Positions 24,682-30,600 of a stretch of 30,600 nucleotides of DNA are shown here, in pieces. The stretch is from a virus (taxonomy: Duplodnaviria > Caudoviricetes): IMG/VR virus record IMGVR_UViG_3300025646_000213, positions 1 through 30,600 of that record, one strand, 5' to 3'. Below the pieces are notes generated by a model. It was not told where the DNA came from, did not search any database, and saw only the letters and a list, made by a program, of their open reading frames with translations. Position 1 is the stretch's first letter, and every line of letters begins with the position of its first letter. Made by a program: the position numbers and the translations under genes.

Positions 24682-26115
24682 TTATTTTTTAGTTTTTTCA
24701 GCAATGATTTCATCTATTGTTTTTCCTGAATTATTTGTAAATCCTCCAAAACTACTTTCTGGATTTTGATAAGTGTAACCATACTGACCTGCTTCTAATT
24801 CTAATTGACCATTAATAATACCTAACATTTTATTTAATTTTTGATTAAACTCTGCTGGGCTTTCTGTATAAGAAAAACTTGCTAAAATTTTTTCAATTCT
24901 TTGAATGTCTCGATCACTAACTGGACTTAATCCTCTAGTTAGTTCTTTAGCAAATGCTACTTTTAGATCATTAATAATTAATTTTAATCGTTGAGCAGGC
25001 ATTTGATTTGCATTATCTACACCAGTAACTGCTTCTAAAACACTAAAAAAATCTCCACCAATTTTATCAAAAGTGCTTTGAGGTCCTGCTTTATTGATAA
25101 TAGACATTGCTTCTAGAATACTGTTTCTAGTTCTAGATAAATTTTGAATTTTAGACATTGATTCACGATGTTTTTCTGGATCGTATTTTTTTAAACCATA
25201 AAGTTCTGCCTGTTTATCAACTGCATATTTTCTAGACTCAACTTCATCTTGTGAAATTTTTAATTTAGTAGCAAGTTCCATTAACTCTAAATCAGCATCA
25301 CTTTTTTGTTTTTCTTGTTCGATAAATGTTTCTAATGCACCTTCTCCTGCACCTGCAAATATTTCAGCAAATGCTGGTAGTCCTTCTTGGTATGAAGTAC
25401 CTTTCATTAAACCTAACGCTAATCTCATTAATGGTAGATTAACAGAAGACCCTTCTTTTCTTTCTTCTGCTAATTCATCCATGATGTTTCTAATTTGTTT
25501 TTTAGTAGATAATTCAGCTGGATCTTTTGGAGTTTCATCAATTAAATTTTTTTGTACAAGATCTCCTGGTTTTTTAGCAGTTACATAATTAGTGAAAATT
25601 TTATCAGCTTCCTCACTCCCTGTTGAAACCTTAATATCACTTGTTGTTTTCTCAGAAGGAGTTAATTTTGCAATAATGCTTGGATCTTTTGTAATTTCTT
25701 TTTCTAAACCTGATACTTCAGTATCAGCTTCAGCTCGTTTAGTTTCTCTTTTTTCTGCTAAAGTGCTTTGTTTAGCAGAAGTAGGGACTCCCATAAAATA
25801 AGCTGTATCAGGGTCATAACCCTCAACATCAAAAAATTTAGTTCCAGAATATCCTGGATTAGTTCCTGTTAAAAATTCTGCACCTAAGTTAATAGGCACC
25901 GCACCTAAATCATATAATGCTGCTCCTGCTTTTTTACCTTCTTTAACAATAGTTTGTCCTGCTGATTTTAAGGCTTGACCTAAAGGCACATCTTCAAAGA
26001 AACCTTCTTTTCTAGCTTCTCCGCCTTTATCCATTTTTAAAGTAACAATACCTCCAGCTCTAAAATGCTGAACAGCTTTTTTTCTAAAATATTTTCTTTC
26101 TAATACTTTACTCAT
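24682..26115 (-). CDS. Internal virion protein (477 aa)
   Basis: Position, helical and Gly-rich segments, two N-terminal [FM]xxGG motifs. Confidence 0.65.
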   Translation of the reverse strand: MSKVLERKYFRKKAVQHFRAGGIVTLKMDKGGEARKEGFFEDVPLGQALKSAGQTIVKEGKKAGAALYDLGAVPINLGAEFLTGTNPGYSGTKFFDVEGYDPDTAYFMGVPTSAKQSTLAEKRETKRAEADTEVSGLEKEITKDPSIIAKLTPSEKTTSDIKVSTGSEEADKIFTNYVTAKKPGDLVQKNLIDETPKDPAELSTKKQIRNIMDELAEERKEGSSVNLPLMRLALGLMKGTSYQEGLPAFAEIFAGAGEGALETFIEQEKQKSDADLELMELATKLKISQDEVESRKYAVDKQAELYGLKKYDPEKHRESMSKIQNLSRTRNSILEAMSIINKAGPQSTFDKIGGDFFSVLEAVTGVDNANQMPAQRLKLIINDLKVAFAKELTRGLSPVSDRDIQRIEKILASFSYTESPAEFNQKLNKMLGIINGQLELEAGQYGYTYQNPESSFGGFTNNSGKTIDEIIAEKTKK

Positions 26116-26930
26116 TACTTACCTGCAAATGCAGCATAAGCCCCAAGACCAGTTCCAACTGCTTGTGCTGCTGGACTTGCGGTAGGTACTGCGGTTTGTG
26201 TTACTTGTTGTTGAGAAGAAGGAACCCCTCTTTGAATATCACTAACAAAAGAAAGTCTAGTGTATGGATCTTGTATTCTTCTCTCTTCTGTTTGTCTTAA
26301 TGCATCAAGTCTTGCTTGTTCAGTAGCTTGTGCAGTAGCACCAGTTGTGCTTAACGCTTGAATATCTTGCGCTCGTTGTCTCATTAAAGCATCCGCTGCT
26401 GATAAACCTGTTTGTGCTTGTAATTGTTGTCCTCTTTGGAAAGCATCTAAAGCTCCTGTAAAGGCAGCATATTGCGATTCTCCTATTTTTCCAAGTCTTG
26501 CTCTTTCTTGTTCTGCTAACTGTATCCCTTCTCGACCACCGCCAAACGCACCTGCTTGAATTGCTTTTTGTGCAGTTTGTTGTTGTCCCATTTGTGCTTG
26601 TCGATTGATTTCATCAATAATGTAAGATTGATATGGGTTTAAATATTGTTGAAACTGTTGTGATGAAGGATCTAATGCAGCAGCAGTTTGTGCTCCTGTA
26701 ATAGAGGATATACCTACCCCTGTTTGACCTGCAAGAGCTCCAGCTGCTTGTTGTTCTTGTGTTAAACCTGCTGTTTGAAATGCAGGTAAGTTTAATGGTT
26801 GTCTTGCAACACGAGTTGCTTCGTCCATTAATCCAAGTCTTCTTGCTTCGATCTCTGGTGCTTCTCTAATAGTTTGTACGTTTGTAGTGTCCGCGGGTGT
26901 TCCGCCTCCACCTCCTCCGCCTCCTGACAT
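26115..26930 (-). CDS. Ejection/pilot-like virion protein (Gln/Ala-rich)
   Basis: MSGGGGGGGG start, YLNPY, GAFGGGR motif, Gly/Ala hydrophobic C-terminus. Confidence 0.7.
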   Translation of the reverse strand: MSGGGGGGGGTPADTTNVQTIREAPEIEARRLGLMDEATRVARQPLNLPAFQTAGLTQEQQAAGALAGQTGVGISSITGAQTAAALDPSSQQFQQYLNPYQSYIIDEINRQAQMGQQQTAQKAIQAGAFGGGREGIQLAEQERARLGKIGESQYAAFTGALDAFQRGQQLQAQTGLSAADALMRQRAQDIQALSTTGATAQATEQARLDALRQTEERRIQDPYTRLSFVSDIQRGVPSSQQQVTQTAVPTASPAAQAVGTGLGAYAAFAGK

Positions 26931-27364
26931 TATGCGTGCCCTCCTATAAATTTATCCATTTGTACATGATTAAAATGAAAACCTAAAGGTTCTAACATTT
27001 TTTTCCATCCTGGTCTCCCGTATACCTCTAACTTTTTACAGCCACAGTTTTCAAAAGCCCATTTTTCAAATACGTTAATCTTGTCAATCCATAAAGGCAA
27101 ATCTGTTCCAGTTGCGATATTAACCACCCCTACATTGTAATTCGGATATTGTGCTATTTCAGAAATACAAACACCTTTAAAGTTGTCTTGGTTATCAACA
27201 GTTACCCACAATTGTTTAATACCTTGTTTACACATTTCTTTTACATGTTGATTGTCCATTAATGTTTTACCTTCATGATTTCTTTCTAATGCAGATTGTA
27301 CTTTGTCTTTTACTAATGGCCATACTTTATCTATTTCTTCTGGTTTAAATTGTATTAAATACAT
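26930..27364 (-). CDS. GNAT-fold acetyltransferase-like virion assembly protein
   Basis: GCKKLEVYGRPGWKKML motif; lies immediately upstream of the ejection genes. Confidence 0.65.
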   Translation of the reverse strand: MYLIQFKPEEIDKVWPLVKDKVQSALERNHEGKTLMDNQHVKEMCKQGIKQLWVTVDNQDNFKGVCISEIAQYPNYNVGVVNIATGTDLPLWIDKINVFEKWAFENCGCKKLEVYGRPGWKKMLEPLGFHFNHVQMDKFIGGHA

Positions 27365-28365
27365 TATCTTCTTCCCATGCTAGCTAATTTATCTAACTTC
27401 GCCATTTGATCATAAAAATATTTAGCACCCATTTCTCTTTGTTGTTCTTTATCATTTGGATCCGCACCCATTGCGATTCCCGCACCCCGTACTGCGCTTG
27501 ATTTAGTTACGAATTCGCCATCGGCTAGTTGAGCAAGCATAGTATCTTTGTTTTCAGATCCTTTGCCTGCAGAATCAACTACCATTTTACCAGAAGTTCT
27601 TTTATAATTCTTTTCGTTATTTTCATCTTTATTTGTTTTACTAGGTAAAGCATCCACTAAATCTCCTTGATTAAATTTGCTTGTTTGTTCTTCAGCATCA
27701 CTTGGTTCGTTAGTAGACCTTTGACTTATTTCTTGATCATAAGCTTCTTGTAAAGCTTGTAGTCTTTGTTTCATTTCTTCAATTTCATTTAGTTGCATTT
27801 GGTTTGTTCTAATTGCGGCAATGCCTCCTGATCTCATGTTTGCATATGGTTTTTCTGGAAACTTAGAAGGGTCTATTTCTTGATCACCAAAAGTTCTAAA
27901 CGCTTCTGGTTGTGAATAATAAATTAAATTAGCTCCTGGAATTCTTGGATCTTTTGGATCTTGTGGATCAAATGCTCCCGCTGCATACAAGCCTGCACCT
28001 AATGCACCAGCACCAAGGCCTACTTTAAATTTATCTATTTGTCTATCTGCTCCAGTTCCTGATCTAAATACATCGGTAAAAGTTTCTAAACCTGCTTTTG
28101 TTTTATCTAAAAACGATGTTGGTTGTTGAGTTGCTTTAAAAAACATAGAAGGATCTCCGCCTCCTGGCACTCCTGATGTTCCAACTGTTCTAGCAACTTC
28201 AGTTGCTTTAGTTGCATCTTTAGCTGCACCCATACCTCCTGCAAATTGACCTATCCCATAAGTCAATGCAGCGTCTCGAACTGTAGATTTTAAAAGGTCA
28301 GAACCTCTTTTACCTTGTAATGCGTTAATACCGCCAGCAATTAATGCGGCTGTTAATGGATCCAT
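27364..28365 (-). CDS. Putative virion protein (333 aa)
   Basis: MDP-hydrophobic N-terminus, MRSGG, and a G.G...D...A.L.DGEFV motif. Confidence 0.65.
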   Translation of the reverse strand: MDPLTAALIAGGINALQGKRGSDLLKSTVRDAALTYGIGQFAGGMGAAKDATKATEVARTVGTSGVPGGGDPSMFFKATQQPTSFLDKTKAGLETFTDVFRSGTGADRQIDKFKVGLGAGALGAGLYAAGAFDPQDPKDPRIPGANLIYYSQPEAFRTFGDQEIDPSKFPEKPYANMRSGGIAAIRTNQMQLNEIEEMKQRLQALQEAYDQEISQRSTNEPSDAEEQTSKFNQGDLVDALPSKTNKDENNEKNYKRTSGKMVVDSAGKGSENKDTMLAQLADGEFVTKSSAVRGAGIAMGADPNDKEQQREMGAKYFYDQMAKLDKLASMGRR

Positions 28366-28406
28366 ATTATTATAACTCCTGTTTTAAAATACGTATAAGA
28401 GTAAAT

Positions 28407-29144
28407 TTACTCAATTTTCATGCATTCGTCAATGAACTTGGCTCGAAAAGGATAGTTGCCATGGTGGGTTATTTCAGAGTTTATAAGAGCAAATATACGT
28501 CCACCAGCCTTCCTATAACGGTCACAGAAAGCAAAATCTTCCCCTATTATTTGACCAGTTTCTTTGATAAACTGAGTATCCCAAAAATTATAAGAATGTT
28601 CAGAATTTTTAACTGTTTCATTAATTAAGTGATTTTGTCTTACTTTTAATTCAGGATAAAATTTAATCATGCGTTCAATCGCTTCTCTTTTAATTAACAT
28701 GCATCCCGCAGGACCTCTTTCAATCTCCATCCACCCGTTCACCGATTGAAAGTCATCTTGATTTATAACTTTAATTGGAAAATGAAACCCACCTTTATTG
28801 ACTGGTACTCGATGGTTTTTGAATAATTCATCCGCTTTTTTCCAATCAATCCATTTCATAGGATAAGGAATTAAAGTTATTTCTTCATCGGCTTCAATCA
28901 TTTTGAATATATCTTGTTCATTAAATTGAATATCTGTATCAACAAATAACATATGAGTACAATTTGAATGTAAGAAAGCTGCAGTACATGCATTTCGACC
29001 AAAGGTTACAATCGAACTTTTATGTAAATGTAAAGTAATTGCTATTTTTCTTTTATTACATTCTGCTTGTAATAAAAATATAGACCGCATGTAATGAATA
29101 TCTACTTGACCGGTTGTTGGTGAAGTGACGTATAATTTAGTCAT
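28407..29144 (-). CDS. GT-A fold (family 2-like) glycosyltransferase
   Basis: GRN, THMLFVDTDI (DxD), GPAGCMLIKR, GEDFAFC; start at MTKLYV (29144). Confidence 0.85.
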   Translation of the reverse strand: MTKLYVTSPTTGQVDIHYMRSIFLLQAECNKRKIAITLHLHKSSIVTFGRNACTAAFLHSNCTHMLFVDTDIQFNEQDIFKMIEADEEITLIPYPMKWIDWKKADELFKNHRVPVNKGGFHFPIKVINQDDFQSVNGWMEIERGPAGCMLIKREAIERMIKFYPELKVRQNHLINETVKNSEHSYNFWDTQFIKETGQIIGEDFAFCDRYRKAGGRIFALINSEITHHGNYPFRAKFIDECMKIE

Positions 29145-30012
29145 GTTTAATAAACTCATCCATGTATCGACCAATATATTGATGTTCACCAACATGCATA
29201 ATATATTCATCCACTACGGCAAAGATCTTTCCGCCAACCTCTTTCCATAATTTACAAAAACCAAAATCTTCACCCATGTAAGTTTGAGTTTCTTTATCGT
29301 GAATCGTATCAAAAAAATTGTAATAATATTTCTTTTCTTCGTACTGGCCATTGATCACTGATTTTTGTTTAATTTTACGATCAGGAAAGGTTTTAATTAA
29401 TTTATCAAAAACGGATCGTTTAATTAATAAACAACCTGCTGGAGCATGAGTAATTTCTATAATACCTTTATCCATTACAATATTACTGGCATCCTCTAAC
29501 CGCACTGGATAAGTACAGCCTCCAGTTTCCATGTCTTCTTCTGTTTTAATTAATCCTCTTTCAAAACGTTCTTTTAACTTCATCCATTGAATACTTTTTA
29601 AGGGGTACGGGACACAGATCACTTCTTTGTTTGAATTAATCATTTTTTCAATGACATGGGTTCCAACAGCAATATCTGAATCTAAAAACAATAAATAATC
29701 AGCATCAGTTTCTAAAAAAGAAGCTACTGTTAAATTTCTACCTTGTGTAATTAAAGAAGATTTATGCATTAAAAAAGATACACTATTACCTTTTTTCATA
29801 AAATCTTTTTGAATTTCTAATAAGCATTGAGTGTAATGAATAGATACTTCGGAATGTACTGGTGTTCCTACACAAAGTCTAATTTGTTTGTTATCCTCTT
29901 TCTGGATTTCTTTATTAAACCAAATAGGTTTTGAGGGATCTTGTGGATTCACGTTAACTTCTTTTATAGTTTGATAAGTGTCTTCATTTGACCAATTTTT
30001 ACTTTTTTGCAT
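29137..30012 (-). CDS. GT-A fold (family 2-like) glycosyltransferase, paralog of the neighbour
   Basis: GRN, YLLFLDSDI, APAGCLLIKR, GEDFGFC. Confidence 0.85.
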   Translation of the reverse strand: MQKSKNWSNEDTYQTIKEVNVNPQDPSKPIWFNKEIQKEDNKQIRLCVGTPVHSEVSIHYTQCLLEIQKDFMKKGNSVSFLMHKSSLITQGRNLTVASFLETDADYLLFLDSDIAVGTHVIEKMINSNKEVICVPYPLKSIQWMKLKERFERGLIKTEEDMETGGCTYPVRLEDASNIVMDKGIIEITHAPAGCLLIKRSVFDKLIKTFPDRKIKQKSVINGQYEEKKYYYNFFDTIHDKETQTYMGEDFGFCKLWKEVGGKIFAVVDEYIMHVGEHQYIGRYMDEFIKHD

Positions 30013-30600
30013 TAAGGACGCCTTGTAAAAAATTATTCCATTCCATTGCTCTTTTATTCCAGTTATAATATTTTTGATAATAAGTTTGTTGTAGATCTAA
30101 ACTATCTTGAATAGTCTTTTCATGTAAAGTTTCTGCAGCCATATCAATAGCAACAGCAAATGTTTGAGATAATATTTCAAGATCTTTAGTGTACGTTATA
30201 TACATTGGAAACTCAGCGCAAGTTTCATACAAAGCTCCATAGTTAGTAACAATCGTATATAAACCAGCAGACATACTTTCTATTGCAGATATACAAGAAG
30301 TTTCTTCAAAGATACTTGGATATACATACAAATTATAATTATTTAAATTTTTTAAAATATAATCATTGGGTTTGTAGCCAATATAATTTACATTAGGTAA
30401 TTCAGATGCTTGTTTATATAAAGGAATATATCTTTCATCATTACGTTCTTTAAAAGCATCTCCATATACTTGGGTTGAACTATATACATCTAATTTAATT
30501 AATGGATTTTTAACTAATTGCATTGCACCTAATAATACAGATAAACCTCGCCATGGTGTGTTTTGATGTATGATTCTAATAGGATCTCCTTTTTTATAAG
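29999..30600 (-). CDS. GT-B fold (family 4-like) glycosyltransferase, 5'-truncated by the window edge
   Basis: Frame stays open to the edge (...IIHQNTPWRGLSVLLGAMQ...); YPSIFEETSCISAIESMSAG (EX7E motif). Confidence 0.88.
   Translation of the reverse strand, partial: YKKGDPIRIIHQNTPWRGLSVLLGAMQLVKNPLIKLDVYSSTQVYGDAFKERNDERYIPLYKQASELPNVNYIGYKPNDYILKNLNNYNLYVYPSIFEETSCISAIESMSAGLYTIVTNYGALYETCAEFPMYITYTKDLEILSQTFAVAIDMAAETLHEKTIQDSLDLQQTYYQKYYNWNKRAMEWNNFLQGVLNAKK

Noticed and set aside
20425-25801. Plus-strand ORFs 20425..20808, 21806..22381, 24023..24331, 24379..24573 and 25592..25801
   Set aside because: Antisense shadows of long genes; Ser/Leu/Ile/Phe-rich with no initiation signals.
26905-26930. 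GGN repeat as a variable microsatellite
   Set aside because: Mixed codons encoding a poly-Gly N-terminus typical of ejection proteins.

Overview
AT-rich, gene-dense segment of a tailed dsDNA phage genome. Gene content and layout resemble marine podovirus-like phages of the uvMED/pelagiphage kind; host and family cannot be proven from the sequence alone. From left to right: (1) an early/accessory region (1-3.3 kb) of small genes in mini-operons driven by overlapping divergent sigma70 promoters, most carrying an ATCCCATG box; (2) a ~500-nt non-coding, GC-richer array of hairpins with its own promoter (candidate large ncRNA); (3) a PD-(D/E)xK nuclease, a HEXXH protein, a terminase-small-subunit-like gene, and a repeat-rich intergenic region with a second candidate sRNA; (4) a DNA-modification block with a PAPS-reductase-like protein, a C5 DNA methyltransferase split over two nested reading frames with repeated LWxTP modules, and a free-standing LAGLIDADG endonuclease; (5) a replication module (PolA Leu762 type, SF1 helicase, AEP primase, SSB-like protein, SNF2 helicase, exonuclease); (6) internal virion/ejection proteins and three glycosyltransferases, the last running off the right edge. 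No tRNA, rRNA, CRISPR array or integrase was seen.
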